Virus record (IMG/VR): IMGVR_UViG_3300009788_000087
Reading direction: 5' to 3' (one strand)
Origin: a virus
DNA length: 64,000 bases
The notes under the pieces were generated by a model. That model searched no databases. It saw only the letters and a list, made by a program, of their open reading frames with translations, and was not told the origin of the DNA. Position 1 is the stretch's first letter. Each line of letters starts with the position of its first letter. A program made the position numbers and the translations under genes. Shown piece by piece: positions 8,135-18,175 of the stretch.

Positions 8135-8404
8135 ATGCAAGAGATTCCGTATGGAGACCAAGCTGCTGCTGTCGACGAAGCCATTGCCACCTTCCCCAAG
8201 ATCTTTGGACTTCGCAAGTTTCCAGGCATGAAGTTCCACATTGTCAGGAGCCAGTCATTCTATTCTCCTGGTTATAGCCATGACGGTGGTTCTGCTCCTC
8301 CCTCCATTCAGCTGTATACCTTCATCGTCGATGAGGATGGCAAGGACCAGGCTTTCGCTCGAGGCTCTGTCGAGGAGCTGCGTGGACAGGTGGTGGAGCT
8401 GTGA
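8135..8404 (+). CDS. hypothetical protein
   Basis: ORF track; SD AAGGA. Confidence 0.6.
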   Translation: MQEIPYGDQAAAVDEAIATFPKIFGLRKFPGMKFHIVRSQSFYSPGYSHDGGSAPPSIQLYTFIVDEDGKDQAFARGSVEELRGQVVEL

Positions 8405-8685
8405 AGCTAACTACCAAAGACATTCATGCGTTGATCGAGTTTGCTGATGAAGGCGACTATCACGACGGTTGCACGGCTTGGGGTCCGAAGTTCGATGCAA
8501 TCATGCAAGTAGCAAGAAGAGTTCGTGAAGATGCTCGCAAGGAGCTTCGTGAATCGTACGATGACTGTGTAGTATGTCTTGGGACACGAGGTGGTGTCAA
8601 GGGCAATGAGAATGTTATCAATGATGTCATCATGTGTGACCACTGCACGGTAGATCAGATTAAGAACCTGAAAGGAGATGACTAA
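8401..8685 (+). CDS. hypothetical protein with C-terminal Cys pairs
   Basis: CVVC...CDHC; GTGA overlap. Confidence 0.6.
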   Translation: MKLTTKDIHALIEFADEGDYHDGCTAWGPKFDAIMQVARRVREDARKELRESYDDCVVCLGTRGGVKGNENVINDVIMCDHCTVDQIKNLKGDD

Positions 8686-8688
8686 GAA

Positions 8689-8880
8689 ATGAAGTTTACT
8701 CGACACGTCACACTCGTTGCGTTGTATGTGGAAGCCTGTGCTGCTGGCAAGATTCTTAGTGCTGGTGGTTGGAGCAGCATGAGTAAGGAATGTAAAGCAA
8801 TAAAGTTAGAATTGACAAATCTTCTACATCGCTACGAAAAACAACTGCTTGTCGATATCGACTCAGAAGAGCCCAAATGA
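8689..8880 (+). CDS. hypothetical protein
   Basis: ORF track; tightly packed. Confidence 0.55.
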   Translation: MKFTRHVTLVALYVEACAAGKILSAGGWSSMSKECKAIKLELTNLLHRYEKQLLVDIDSEEPK

Positions 8881-9194
8881 AAACACAGCAGTACTTCGTT
8901 ACCATCGCACGACTGCGAGACGATCATCCAGACGGGCGCTGGCTCTGTCGCGGACCGTTCGGTGAGGATGACACATTCGGAGAGTATTTACATACATCCG
9001 AGGATCCTAAGGAGGATAATCCCATCTTTCTTGGTGGCGTCGAGGATGTAGTCAGAGCAATCGACAGCATACCAGGTGGTGCCAATGACAGTTCAGACGT
9101 TGTAAGAACTGAGTGGACTGTGGACTCAACTGAACTGCCTGATGCATGGATTGCACACGTCACTTACTTCATCAAAGAACCGGAGACGGACTAG
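8877..9194 (+). CDS. hypothetical protein
   Basis: ATGA overlap. Confidence 0.65.
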   Translation: MKTQQYFVTIARLRDDHPDGRWLCRGPFGEDDTFGEYLHTSEDPKEDNPIFLGGVEDVVRAIDSIPGGANDSSDVVRTEWTVDSTELPDAWIAHVTYFIKEPETD

Positions 9195-9418
9195 TGATCA
9201 CATACAAGATTCGAATCAGTGGAAGCAATGACTTCGTTTGTGACATCTATGCGGATGACGAGACCTGTGATCCACCAGGAAGCGTCTCAATTGTGGAAGG
9301 GTGGGATAATCCTGCCGCACTCATATTCCTTTCGAAGGAGGGAGCAGAAGCTGCAGCAGAAGAGGTCCAAGACATCGAAGGTTTCCACTGTGTGGTGGAA
9401 GAGGTAACATTGATCTGA
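9194..9418 (+). CDS. hypothetical acidic protein
   Basis: GTG start overlaps the previous TAG; SD GGAG. Confidence 0.6.
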   Translation: MITYKIRISGSNDFVCDIYADDETCDPPGSVSIVEGWDNPAALIFLSKEGAEAAAEEVQDIEGFHCVVEEVTLI

Positions 9419-9660
9419 TGACTTGCTTCATTGTCATGATGAGAGATTTCGATGGTCCACCCTATATTTATGCAGTTATCCTCGAACGAGATCGCATGGA
9501 AGCATGGGTTCGAGAATACGAATCAAAATGGATTGACGAGGACTTTTGGGTTGAAGAACACCACGTCATTTTTCCATCGCTAGGAGCATAGCTTCGAATA
9601 GAGCCTGCCCTCCTGGAGGGCAGCATCCCAGACTCCTTTCCATTGTATATTCCATAAAAG

Positions 9661-9690
9661 TTGTACAAATGGAAAGGGGTGTGGTATGCT
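9661..9690 (+). promoter_or_regulatory. phage promoter TTGTAC-N18-TATGCT
   Basis: Extended -10 TGG; a 10-bp inverted repeat (9635-9644 / 9668-9677) brackets the -35 element. Confidence 0.7.
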
Positions 9691-9741
9691 AATAATATAC
9701 GGTGATTTGCGCCCTCACAGTTCTTGGAAAGGCAGGTGTCC

Positions 9742-10038
9742 ATGTACGCAGTAACCTTTGTTTATGAAGGCGGTGTCTGCACGACGCTGTACGAGAAACT
9801 CGAGGACATGAAAGTCGAGGATATCTCATTCGGTCATTGGATGGACAGGTTGTACAACGTCTCAGGTCCAGATGGCGGGTATGGTGATTGGCACAAGGAG
9901 CTCAGTCTTCGCGAAGCCTTTGATGCACTCTTCGATGGAGAGGTCGAAGGTTTCTGTGCAGAAGAAGTTAACAAAGATGCCAGCTGCTACGTTGTGAAAG
10001 TGCATGACGAATACCTACCGCTGCAAGGAGAAAACTGA
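9742..10038 (+). CDS. hypothetical protein
   Basis: MYAVTFVYEGG; first gene after the promoter. Confidence 0.65.
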   Translation: MYAVTFVYEGGVCTTLYEKLEDMKVEDISFGHWMDRLYNVSGPDGGYGDWHKELSLREAFDALFDGEVEGFCAEEVNKDASCYVVKVHDEYLPLQGEN

Positions 10039-10268
10039 TGTCTAAGACATACCCCGATGATGAGTGTCATGTGCATGGAAATGGTGATGACTGTCATCCT
10101 GCACTCTTCCCAATCCTAGACAAATATGTCTGCTTCGATTGCATCTTTGAAGGAATGGTTGAGATTGTGGGTATGGACTACGATTACGCTGAAGATCCAG
10201 ATGAATTCTGGTCCACATTCCGCAAAGGTGTAGAGTCAGCTATCGAGGAGGAAAAGAAGAATGACTGA
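10038..10268 (+). CDS. hypothetical acidic protein
   Basis: TGATG overlap; SD AGGAG. Confidence 0.6.
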   Translation: MSKTYPDDECHVHGNGDDCHPALFPILDKYVCFDCIFEGMVEIVGMDYDYAEDPDEFWSTFRKGVESAIEEEKKND

Positions 10269-10418
10269 ATTCACTGAATTAGAGCGTGTCTCTTTCAATC
10301 TCACTGATATCCTTGAGACTAAGCTGACGGACAACCAGCGTCATGTCATTCAGGAGGCAATCGAAGCCATTGATGAGGTAACTCAGTCGTGTCCTCCTCC
10401 GATGCCGGAAGGTTGTGG

Positions 10419-10691
10419 ATGAAACACTTTACCAAAGACCAAGTCGCCACAGTCAGTGGCATACTACGTGAACAGGCTGACCGCAGACGTCGAGGTCTCG
10501 TAGGTGCAGGAACAGGTGCGATGGTATGTGGCTGTCGCAAGGAAGGATCCTGCTCACTCTGTCGCCCAATCGAAGAGCTGGAAGAGATCATCGAGCTATG
10601 TGATGACAGGCTGTGGGAGATGGACAAGCATGGCATCTTCAGAGCATGGCGCAAGATCGGAAAACAACATCCGCTAGATAAAGGAAAGTGA
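10419..10691 (+). CDS. hypothetical protein
   Basis: MKHFTKDQ; CGC...CSLC. Confidence 0.55.
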   Translation: MKHFTKDQVATVSGILREQADRRRRGLVGAGTGAMVCGCRKEGSCSLCRPIEELEEIIELCDDRLWEMDKHGIFRAWRKIGKQHPLDKGK

Positions 10692-10694
10692 TCT

Positions 10695-11015
10695 ATGAAC
10701 TATCCACTGAAACTCAATGAAGTCAAGTTCGAAGCAGGCGGCGCCGTATGGCGAGCTCGTCTCATGGCAGAGATGCTTGACGAAAAAGACTGGTGTCAGT
10801 ATTCTGACGACAACGGAAAAACGTGGATGACGAGCGGACCGGAGTATGCGGGTGAGGTGAAGATCGACGCAGACTTCGGTGATGGCTGGGAAGAAGAGTT
10901 CTGGACATGTGAGCACAACTATGGATTCGATGACGATCACGTGCAGAATATCCTCGATGAAGGCATCAAGCAGTTCAAGAAGCATGGGTGTGGATCAGAC
11001 CCGGAGCCGTACTAA
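10695..11015 (+). CDS. hypothetical protein
   Basis: ORF track; SD AAGGA. Confidence 0.65.
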   Translation: MNYPLKLNEVKFEAGGAVWRARLMAEMLDEKDWCQYSDDNGKTWMTSGPEYAGEVKIDADFGDGWEEEFWTCEHNYGFDDDHVQNILDEGIKQFKKHGCGSDPEPY

Positions 11016-11028
11016 AGGAAGGAGAAAC

Positions 11029-11241
11029 ATGAATATCTACAAGTATCTCGAAGGTTGCATTGTTAACTGGGTTAGTCATGAACTATTGCTCTTCGAGTAT
11101 ACGAACAAACAGATTGAAGAAGCTGAAGAGGCGGGCTGGCTCATTCGTCTAGATGATGACGGAACTCTTGGTGTGGCACTCGGTGAAAACATCTACTACA
11201 TTCGCACAGCGCATGAGAGGCAGGTGTTGTGTAGTGGCTGA
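11029..11241 (+). CDS. hypothetical protein
   Basis: SD AAGGAG; MNIYKYLEG. Confidence 0.6.
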   Translation: MNIYKYLEGCIVNWVSHELLLFEYTNKQIEEAEEAGWLIRLDDDGTLGVALGENIYYIRTAHERQVLCSG

Positions 11242-11506
11242 CGAAATGTACCTGATAACTATCGAAGCATTCAACATAGACACACGTGACCCGTGGACAT
11301 ATGACGAATATCTCTTCAAACACCCTCGAGATGTCTGTAGGTTCCTCTACGCTCGCAAGTATAGACACTCGGAGCATGTGGTAGAAGACATGGTCGAGGA
11401 GCTAATGGAAGAAGGAGAATCACACGTACAGTGTAAGCTCAATGAAGGTGGCCCATTCTGTACCATTAGTCTCAACTTTCGTGGCATCGATTTCGAGGTG
11501 GTATAG
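11153..11506 (+). CDS. hypothetical protein (true start likely near 11234-11246)
   Basis: ORF track; overlaps the previous gene. Confidence 0.55.
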   Translation: MMTELLVWHSVKTSTTFAQRMRGRCCVVADEMYLITIEAFNIDTRDPWTYDEYLFKHPRDVCRFLYARKYRHSEHVVEDMVEELMEEGESHVQCKLNEGGPFCTISLNFRGIDFEVV

Positions 11507-11886
11507 TGGATAACTGTACCAAGTGTGGCCAGCCAAAGAACTATGTGGTTGGAGCATTCTACCTCTGTGGCTGTGATCCAAAGACAGAGACCACGAGTGC
11601 GCTCACTGGTCAGTGGTGGGAGGGCAAGCAATATGTCTTTGACGGTTGGCAAGACATATCAAGCAGGTATAAGCTACGTAATAACTTCGATGCTTATTTC
11701 AAGCTTCCGTCATGTGCGCTCACAGACAATCTATATTGGTTCGCGTTTCATCTCACTGCTGAGTGGGAGATTATTGATGTTAACGCGTATTCCATTGGCA
11801 CCGTAAAACATCCTGATTTTGTTGAACTTGAGCCAATCGGTCCACTCACCGACGACGAGATTCGTGGGTTTATGGAGCACAAATAA
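11506..11886 (+). CDS. hypothetical protein
   Basis: TAGTG overlap; N-terminal CxxC. Confidence 0.6.
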   Translation: MDNCTKCGQPKNYVVGAFYLCGCDPKTETTSALTGQWWEGKQYVFDGWQDISSRYKLRNNFDAYFKLPSCALTDNLYWFAFHLTAEWEIIDVNAYSIGTVKHPDFVELEPIGPLTDDEIRGFMEHK

Positions 11887-11941
11887 TGGACTTTGCATAC
11901 TTCTACTTTTTCTTCAACCACAGGAATAGGAACTATAACAA

Positions 11942-12118
11942 ATGATTACAGCGCTCTTCGTAATCGCAATCATTATTCTCTTCTTTTTCATAGCTGGTGT
12001 GGTAATAGCAGGTATCGCTGATGAAAGTGATCCCCTCGTGTTCGGCATCGCTGGTGCTGCGCTCTTTGGAATAGTCGAAGCAATCCTCTGCATCGTGCAC
12101 TTCGCGCTATCACTGTAG
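11942..12118 (+). CDS. small two-helix membrane protein
   Basis: MITALFVIAIIILFFFIAGVVIAG...; SD AGGA; hand-translated. Confidence 0.55.
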   Translation: MITALFVIAIIILFFFIAGVVIAGIADESDPLVFGIAGAALFGIVEAILCIVHFALSL

Positions 12119-12127
12119 CCATCATAG

Positions 12128-12157
12128 TTGTACACTTGGTAAAAAGTGTGATATAGT
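12128..12157 (+). promoter_or_regulatory. phage promoter TTGTAC-N18-TATAGT
   Basis: TTGTAC acttggtaaaaagtgtga TATAGT. Confidence 0.7.
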
Positions 12158-12181
12158 GAAACTATAATGGAAGGAGAATTT

Positions 12182-12406
12182 ATGGATGAACTCAGTTTCC
12201 TGACCATGGAAGAGAAACAACAGGTTAGAAACTACATTGAAGGTGATCCAGAGTCAATCACTTTCGAAGACGGTCCTATTTGGGAGAAACTCTACAATCA
12301 CTACGTGTTCAAGACAGGTGAGATGCCTCATGGCACTGCCAAAGCACGAACCGGTGACCCACATGAGTGGATCTTTGATCGTCTCGAACAAATTCTGGAG
12401 GCATAA
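12182..12406 (+). CDS. hypothetical protein
   Basis: SD AAGGAG; MDELSFLT. Confidence 0.65.
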   Translation: MDELSFLTMEEKQQVRNYIEGDPESITFEDGPIWEKLYNHYVFKTGEMPHGTAKARTGDPHEWIFDRLEQILEA

Positions 12407-12498
12407 GTGAAGACCAAGGAGATTCCACCCGTTCCTCGTTGCAAGGACTGTGGCGAGACTGTCATTTTCTTTCATAACTGCCCGAAGAAAGGAAAGAA

Positions 12499-13122
12499 AT
12501 GAGGATCATCGCAGGCAAAGTGGACTGGTACCAAGAGTATGCAAACCGTCCGCAGCTTAGACTATTTGTTGATGAAATCCCCAACCGTGATGACATGGTC
12601 TACACGAAGAAGGATGGACTATATTTCAGTGAGCTCGACGGACTAGTCAGTTTCTTCAGCTATGACCGACCAGGTCAGGGTTTCAGTGGCAGTGGTTATA
12701 CATTGGATATGGATGATGGAACGATTGTGGTACTGTCGGGTCCGTGGTCGTCACGTGCTGGCTGCATGAATGGCGCTGGGTTCACTCCCTGTCTCGACGT
12801 GTCCCTCACTGACGACGAGAGGGCCTGGGCAAAGGGCTATACCTTCCTCTCTTCCACTGTGACAAAGGAGCTTGTCGACGAGGCTCGTGACAGGATAGAG
12901 ATTGGTGAATACTTCGTTCGCAGTTGGAATGGGAAAGAGAGAGGCGACAGATTTTACTTCCCACCTGGCTCAAAGTTCACGCTTGTGAGTCGAAACCGCA
13001 AGTCTAGAGGCACCGACATGTCTGCACAGCAGAGCAACAGCATGCCATCGTCAGGTGATGAGGAAACTGTCTATGAGCCAGCAGTCGAGCTTTACGGTGG
13101 AGAGATCTGGACAAAGGAGTAG
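12499..13122 (+). CDS. hypothetical phage protein
   Basis: 207 aa; SD AAGGA. Confidence 0.75.
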   Translation: MRIIAGKVDWYQEYANRPQLRLFVDEIPNRDDMVYTKKDGLYFSELDGLVSFFSYDRPGQGFSGSGYTLDMDDGTIVVLSGPWSSRAGCMNGAGFTPCLDVSLTDDERAWAKGYTFLSSTVTKELVDEARDRIEIGEYFVRSWNGKERGDRFYFPPGSKFTLVSRNRKSRGTDMSAQQSNSMPSSGDEETVYEPAVELYGGEIWTKE

Positions 13123-13127
13123 CAAAC

Positions 13128-13334
13128 GTGGCTAAAGAAAAGAAACTGCTGTGGGCATTCAATTGGAAGGGCGGTGGCTACAACCAAGTCTATGCTTACA
13201 CTCATAAAAAAGCATTGGAAGAGATTGACCGTCTCTTCAAGAAACCAGATTCATCGCTCGATAGCACTCGGATTACCAATTTTCGTATTGTCGATGAAGA
13301 GAAATACTGGAACAGTCTCCCACTCTTTGACTAG
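13128..13334 (+). CDS. hypothetical protein
   Basis: SD AAGGAG. Confidence 0.65.
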   Translation: MAKEKKLLWAFNWKGGGYNQVYAYTHKKALEEIDRLFKKPDSSLDSTRITNFRIVDEEKYWNSLPLFD

Positions 13335-13346
13335 GAGAATGCTTTA

Positions 13347-13613
13347 ATGGCACGTGAATACCCTGATTGGTACCCGGAAGATCTCGTGGCGGAGGAAGAC
13401 AGGCGTCGTGCAGATTGGGATGAAGGTGAGGAAATTGGACGAGAGTATGTCCGCAATCGCTTCCACTGTTGTCTTGAAGAAGACCTAGAAGAGTTTGATG
13501 GGCAAACGGAAGCTGTTGATATTGCTCGATCTAATGATGGAGACATGTTGCGTGCAAATGCGATCTACGAAGGCATGATAAAAGAAGTTGAGAAACTACT
13601 GAAAGGATTTTAA
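13347..13613 (+). CDS. hypothetical acidic protein
   Basis: SD AGGAG. Confidence 0.65.
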   Translation: MAREYPDWYPEDLVAEEDRRRADWDEGEEIGREYVRNRFHCCLEEDLEEFDGQTEAVDIARSNDGDMLRANAIYEGMIKEVEKLLKGF

Positions 13614-13614
13614 C

Positions 13615-13818
13615 ATGACTGATGCAGAAGGAGTTGCTGCGTGTTGGGGAGCTGCCTCACAGACTCTGCCCGAAGGTAAGTCAATGTGGTGGGTGGATGA
13701 CCATCAAGGTGGAGGGTTTGTGGAATATGTCACAGACATTGAGTACGCTAGGCGTATGAAGATTCTCGATACCATCGATGAAGATGGTAACGGTGAGGAA
13801 AGGATTGACTGGGAATGA
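13615..13818 (+). CDS. hypothetical protein
   Basis: ORF track. Confidence 0.6.
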   Translation: MTDAEGVAACWGAASQTLPEGKSMWWVDDHQGGGFVEYVTDIEYARRMKILDTIDEDGNGEERIDWE

Positions 13819-13927
13819 CTGAGACAGGTTTCTGGTTCTGGGAGCACTGCACTCCTCAGGTGGTGAAAGGCCTGTTCTGGCTCAACATCATTGCAGCATT
13901 TTTCTTTGAAGGGAAAGGATACACACC

Positions 13928-14446
13928 ATGATCATCAGCAAAAAGGGCATCAGTTTCGAGGGAATAAAAGTGCAGCTTCCAATTCCTCCATTCTACGGTT
14001 ACAAACGTGTGCGCTGCAGGAATACAAAGTACCATACTTTATACCCCAACACGTACGCCATCCTCAAGCTGTTCATCCCTGAAGATGCGACAATTGTCTG
14101 CGTACATAGCTTGAGTGGTGGCGACGATGGTTCAAAACCAGAACTAACGAATCTAGCTGACGGTGCATGGCAAATCATTACTCCAAGGATAAAAAATACT
14201 GTCATCACTTTCGATAGTAAAGTGAAGATGCGTAGCGATAAAGTGGAGGTAGTTGCTGCCTTTCCAGGATATAATGGAAAGTCATCTCGGATTAAGAATC
14301 CCGAAGACTACGTATTCTACAGCAAATATGATCGCAACTTCAACTATGTCGTTGGAAAGACAAAGACTGCAAAGCTTAACAAGACGAATGAACAGTGTGA
14401 GAGTGGCATCCACTTCTATCTCCACCGAAAGACACTAGACCTCTAG
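13928..14446 (+). CDS. DUF5758-like protein
   Basis: GYK..ILKLFIPEDA..KMRSDK..SKYDRNFNY..CESGIHF pattern recalled for DUF5758. Confidence 0.55.
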   Translation: MIISKKGISFEGIKVQLPIPPFYGYKRVRCRNTKYHTLYPNTYAILKLFIPEDATIVCVHSLSGGDDGSKPELTNLADGAWQIITPRIKNTVITFDSKVKMRSDKVEVVAAFPGYNGKSSRIKNPEDYVFYSKYDRNFNYVVGKTKTAKLNKTNEQCESGIHFYLHRKTLDL

Positions 14447-14464
14447 AATCTGGAGGTCTCTACA

Positions 14465-14497
14465 GAGGGCATTTCGGTGCCCTCGATAGAGGTTTTT
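14465..14497 (+). terminator. intrinsic terminator candidate
   Basis: GAGGGCA-tttcgg-TGCCCTC followed by GATAGAGGTTTTT. Confidence 0.55.
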
Positions 14498-14523
14498 AGA
14501 AATAAACAACACAGGAGAAGATC

Positions 14524-14772
14524 ATGCCAAAGAGCAATAACAGCATTCAGCGTATCGTTGATCGTACATTCTCTGATACAGCAAGTGATCTATACAATGC
14601 ATGTGTGGATTGTGGTGAGGAGCCACGTATCCATGTGGATGATTTCCTTGATATGCTGTGTGGCTCCGGTGAATTCGGCACATGGGAAGAGTGGGGTAAA
14701 GTGGAAGACGAGGTCAAAGCTGAAGTCGTTCGTCGGTGCTGTCCGGACAAGAAAGGATACATCTCACTATGA
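14524..14772 (+). CDS. hypothetical protein
   Basis: SD AGGAG. Confidence 0.65.
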   Translation: MPKSNNSIQRIVDRTFSDTASDLYNACVDCGEEPRIHVDDFLDMLCGSGEFGTWEEWGKVEDEVKAEVVRRCCPDKKGYISL

Positions 14773-15350
14773 TACCCGAAGTATATGGTAGACTCGTTGG
14801 TGAGGCGCGTAGTGGAAGAATGAAGAAAGGTGAAGCCATTCTTCGATATATCCATGCGTCAGTCGGTGGTGCGCGGTTCACTGATATCCAGCGATTCATT
14901 TGTGATGTCAATGAGTATGAGTTCGATGACTATCGAGAAGATATCTGGACTAAAGACAAATTCGTTTGGACTACAGAACTTGGTGAGTTCACGAATAGAT
15001 ATAGCCGTCGACCGGTCGGTGAACGATTCTATATCTATCACCTAACAGAGATCAATGGCTATCTCTTTAGCATAAGAAAACATCTTCGAAAGTGGGATAG
15101 TATAGCGGGAGTAGCAGAATATAATCACACTGCTATGGCGTATGGTAGAATTCTAAAAACACGTGCACTCAAACCGATCACTCGACGTGCATCTCGCGGC
15201 TACTACTGCACATATCTGTACGGCAGTTGTTTCAGGAAAGGAATCCTCGATAATTGTACTAAGGACGAGAATCGTCGATACTATGTCAAGACCGAAGTAG
15301 TAAGAAAGAACTTCCAAGTACCAATGGCGCCGGACAGGAATAGCAAATGA
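14769..15350 (+). CDS. hypothetical basic protein (possible winged-helix)
   Basis: ATGA overlap; MIPEVYGRL. Confidence 0.65.
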   Translation: MIPEVYGRLVGEARSGRMKKGEAILRYIHASVGGARFTDIQRFICDVNEYEFDDYREDIWTKDKFVWTTELGEFTNRYSRRPVGERFYIYHLTEINGYLFSIRKHLRKWDSIAGVAEYNHTAMAYGRILKTRALKPITRRASRGYYCTYLYGSCFRKGILDNCTKDENRRYYVKTEVVRKNFQVPMAPDRNSK

Positions 15351-15577
15351 AGAGACTCGTTAAAGGATGTCGCGTATTCTATCTTGAAGTAGAGCGTGGT
15401 GCGAGTTATCACTGGGAAGATGAGAAAGTCCTGTTCGAAGGAGAGGATGCAAATTGGCTCTATTTCTATCGTGTAGATGATGATAGAATCCTTGCATTGT
15501 GTAGGCGTAATCTCGTCGAGATTGAAAGTGACTACAAGGAGAATGCTGATGAAATCGGAACCACACAGCGATTCTAA
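15347..15577 (+). CDS. hypothetical protein
   Basis: ATGA overlap. Confidence 0.6.
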   Translation: MKRLVKGCRVFYLEVERGASYHWEDEKVLFEGEDANWLYFYRVDDDRILALCRRNLVEIESDYKENADEIGTTQRF

Positions 15578-15758
15578 CAAATGCTCAGTATGCAGCTCTC
15601 CCTTTCACCCAGCATCGGGCCACGCGCACAGTGAGAAGACCCGACTGTGTGGTCCGTGCGCTAAACACATGCTCAAGTGGTGGAAGCGGCAGATGTCTCG
15701 AAGATCTGGTAAAGTGAAGTTTTACAACTACGTTGAAAACTCAGCGAGGGTATCATGA
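15543..15758 (+). CDS. Zn-finger hypothetical protein
   Basis: SD AAGGAG; CSVC..FHPASGH..LCGPC. Confidence 0.6.
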   Translation: MLMKSEPHSDSNKCSVCSSPFHPASGHAHSEKTRLCGPCAKHMLKWWKRQMSRRSGKVKFYNYVENSARVS

Positions 15759-16213
15759 GCCTGAAAGAATATGAATTCTTCTTAAGCAAAACGAGCAAAG
15801 CGGTCACGTCGATATTTGTTGTCGCGGAAGATCTTGAAACTGCAAAAGAAAGACTGTGGCGTATCGTTGCGAATGATTTGTCCAGTACTTCCATGCATGA
15901 ACCGTTCGATGTTGAAGATCGATGGGACCATGTAGACTCAGGAGAACCAACAATCGATGAATATGTTGCTTATGATGACATACCGGTAACATGTGATACG
16001 TGCCATAGTGATCTTGATATCGCTGATGTTTCATACGACTTTGAGTTACACTCTTTCACATGTGAGGAGTGTTTAAAGGCACCAAAAGAAAATGATCCAC
16101 TAATCGATTTCCTCTACGCAAACCTATCGTACATAGACAAGGAAGATGCAAAGCGAATCGTCAAGCTGGTCGAGCAGTTTAATAAGAAACCCGTAGCACT
16201 GGAGGTAAAATGA
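15755..16213 (+). CDS. hypothetical protein with Zn-finger
   Basis: CDTC...CEEC; ATGA overlap. Confidence 0.65.
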   Translation: MSLKEYEFFLSKTSKAVTSIFVVAEDLETAKERLWRIVANDLSSTSMHEPFDVEDRWDHVDSGEPTIDEYVAYDDIPVTCDTCHSDLDIADVSYDFELHSFTCEECLKAPKENDPLIDFLYANLSYIDKEDAKRIVKLVEQFNKKPVALEVK

Positions 16214-16599
16214 CACTCAAGTTTCCAGAGATCACAGTAAATGCACGGATCACAATTGATGGCGATATTCTTATGGGTCTCGTCACACACATCTTCGAGC
16301 ACGACGACTATGGTTCCTTCAGAATTGCGAGCTATGAAGGCGATGTACCGAAAGATGCTGAGTGGCCGAGATATGTTGTTGCAGCAGTGACTACTGGTTG
16401 TGCTGTTCTTATCAAAGACAAATATGGTGATGAGCCTGATACGACATACTGTATTGATAGTAATTCGCTTGAAGTAGGTCTTCAGATAATGGCAGAAAAA
16501 TATCCAAAACACTTCACAGATGTACTTGAAGATAACTGTGACGTATATACATCTGATGTCCTCGCTCAGTGCATCGCATACGGTCGCCTCGTATATTAA
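16210..16599 (+). CDS. hypothetical phage protein
   Basis: SD GGAGG; ATGA overlap. Confidence 0.7.
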   Translation: MTLKFPEITVNARITIDGDILMGLVTHIFEHDDYGSFRIASYEGDVPKDAEWPRYVVAAVTTGCAVLIKDKYGDEPDTTYCIDSNSLEVGLQIMAEKYPKHFTDVLEDNCDVYTSDVLAQCIAYGRLVY

Positions 16600-16664
16600 C
16601 AATTCTACGATACCTTCACATTCACTCTTCGGTATGATACACTGGAGAATGGAGGGAGAATTCA

Positions 16665-16946
16665 ATGACACTTCAGGACATTAAATCTGCAGTTCGTAAA
16701 CTCAATCGTAATGACATGGTTGCACTGCGTAGTTTTGTCAATACTGTTGCCAGCTCGTCGAGTGATCTACGACGTGGTATGAAGGTTCACTTCACCCACT
16801 CGAAGACAGGCGCAATAATCGAAGGAATGATTAAGAAAGTCAATCGCAAGACGATCCGTATTGACTCGAAGCAGGATGAATGGGGTAAAGACCGCGGATA
16901 TTTCGCCGAGTGGATCGTACCCCCGAGCATGGTCGAGGTGGCATAG
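16665..16946 (+). CDS. hypothetical protein (helix plus SH3-like beta barrel)
   Basis: SD GGAGGGAG; upstream TGGTATGAT-like -10 element (GGTATGAT at 16631-16638). Confidence 0.7.
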   Translation: MTLQDIKSAVRKLNRNDMVALRSFVNTVASSSSDLRRGMKVHFTHSKTGAIIEGMIKKVNRKTIRIDSKQDEWGKDRGYFAEWIVPPSMVEVA

Positions 16947-17566
16947 TGAATACTATCACATTCAGGAACGAAGCGCAGGCAACTCTCTTTGAGCATGAAC
17001 TTAAAGGTCAGATCAGTGATGGACACTGGGAGAACTTTGAAGGACCGGAACATCGAGATTATTACAACAAAGACCTTTGTGATTATGGTGATCGAGGTCT
17101 TTGTGTTGACTGTGAAGAAGATGAAAATCCATATTGGGATCATTGGAAACCGTGGTGCGATGCTGATGTTCTCGTTGGTAAGGATGTCGGTCGTGACTTC
17201 GATGCCATCTACGATAGATATGAACTAGGAGATCTAGACCTGCTCAGTGTCGTAGGCGATCGTATGGTCAAATACGTACGGATTGCTAAAATCTACGGCT
17301 TTCACAGTGTCGAGGATTTGCAGTTACTGCTCGATCTTAATGGAAACTTCCGTGATGCACCGAAAGATAAAGGAAAATACTGGGATAAGGTACGTGAAAT
17401 ACATGCATCCGTTGATGAAGACATGTTCAAGTCATACATTGATAGTGAAAAACTCTACTCCTGGAAAGAGCTCGTCATAGACCTTGTAGATATGAAGAAG
17501 ATCATTAGAACTTGCAAAGGAGGTGACACATGCAAGGAACGCGTGACCGTGACCGCTATTGGCTAG
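16946..17566 (+). CDS. hypothetical phage protein (QISDGxWEN motif)
   Basis: TAGTG overlap; SD GAGG. Confidence 0.7.
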   Translation: MNTITFRNEAQATLFEHELKGQISDGHWENFEGPEHRDYYNKDLCDYGDRGLCVDCEEDENPYWDHWKPWCDADVLVGKDVGRDFDAIYDRYELGDLDLLSVVGDRMVKYVRIAKIYGFHSVEDLQLLLDLNGNFRDAPKDKGKYWDKVREIHASVDEDMFKSYIDSEKLYSWKELVIDLVDMKKIIRTCKGGDTCKERVTVTAIG

Positions 17567-17719
17567 GCAAGATCCTCTGGCCCGATGGTATTAGAGTGTG
17601 GTCGACACCAATCAAGCATCATGGGCAGCTGATACAGAATCTGGCTGACACTTGTCTAGACATTCTTGACCTACCCGTCTCGACGTGGGAAGATCCTGGC
17701 ACTGTCAGTGGGGAGATCG

Positions 17720-17977
17720 ATGGCAAAGAGAACTGATTATCCAAATTCGAACTTTTCGTCACTGCTCGAACTCAAAGAAACAAATAGTAGAGAAGTATCT
17801 GCTGAAGTTGACAAATACGGTCAGCTTGAGTTAACGATAGAAGTTACCAGTTATGGCTGTTGTAGTATGGGTACTGAAGATCACTACGTTTTTCTACCTC
17901 GTGATGAAGCCATCGCACTGGCTGAATTTATCTTGGAACAGACAAAAAGAGAAATTGAAATCGATGGCAAAATGTAG
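17720..17977 (+). CDS. hypothetical protein
   Basis: SD GGAG; MAKRTDYPNS. Confidence 0.6.
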   Translation: MAKRTDYPNSNFSSLLELKETNSREVSAEVDKYGQLELTIEVTSYGCCSMGTEDHYVFLPRDEAIALAEFILEQTKREIEIDGKM

Positions 17978-18164
17978 CAACATTATTAAGGTGTTGAATG
18001 TCATTGGTAAATATAAGGACTTAGATCAAGAGTGGCTTGAAGGTCAACATGACATGATCTTGTTTCCACTGATGGAAACCGATGACATTTCTGCTGATGA
18101 TAAGAAAGAACTTGAATCTCTCGGTTGTCATCTTGAAGATGGCGGCTGGATGATGTACACATAA
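17964..18164 (+). CDS. hypothetical protein
   Basis: MAKCSNIIKVL. Confidence 0.6.
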   Translation: MAKCSNIIKVLNVIGKYKDLDQEWLEGQHDMILFPLMETDDISADDKKELESLGCHLEDGGWMMYT

Positions 18165-18175
18165 AGGAGACATAG

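Noticed and set aside
14455-14469. GGTCTCTACAGAG match to the 1.5-kb repeat
   Set aside because: The partner motif at the fixed distance is missing, and the sequence is part of a local hairpin or terminator
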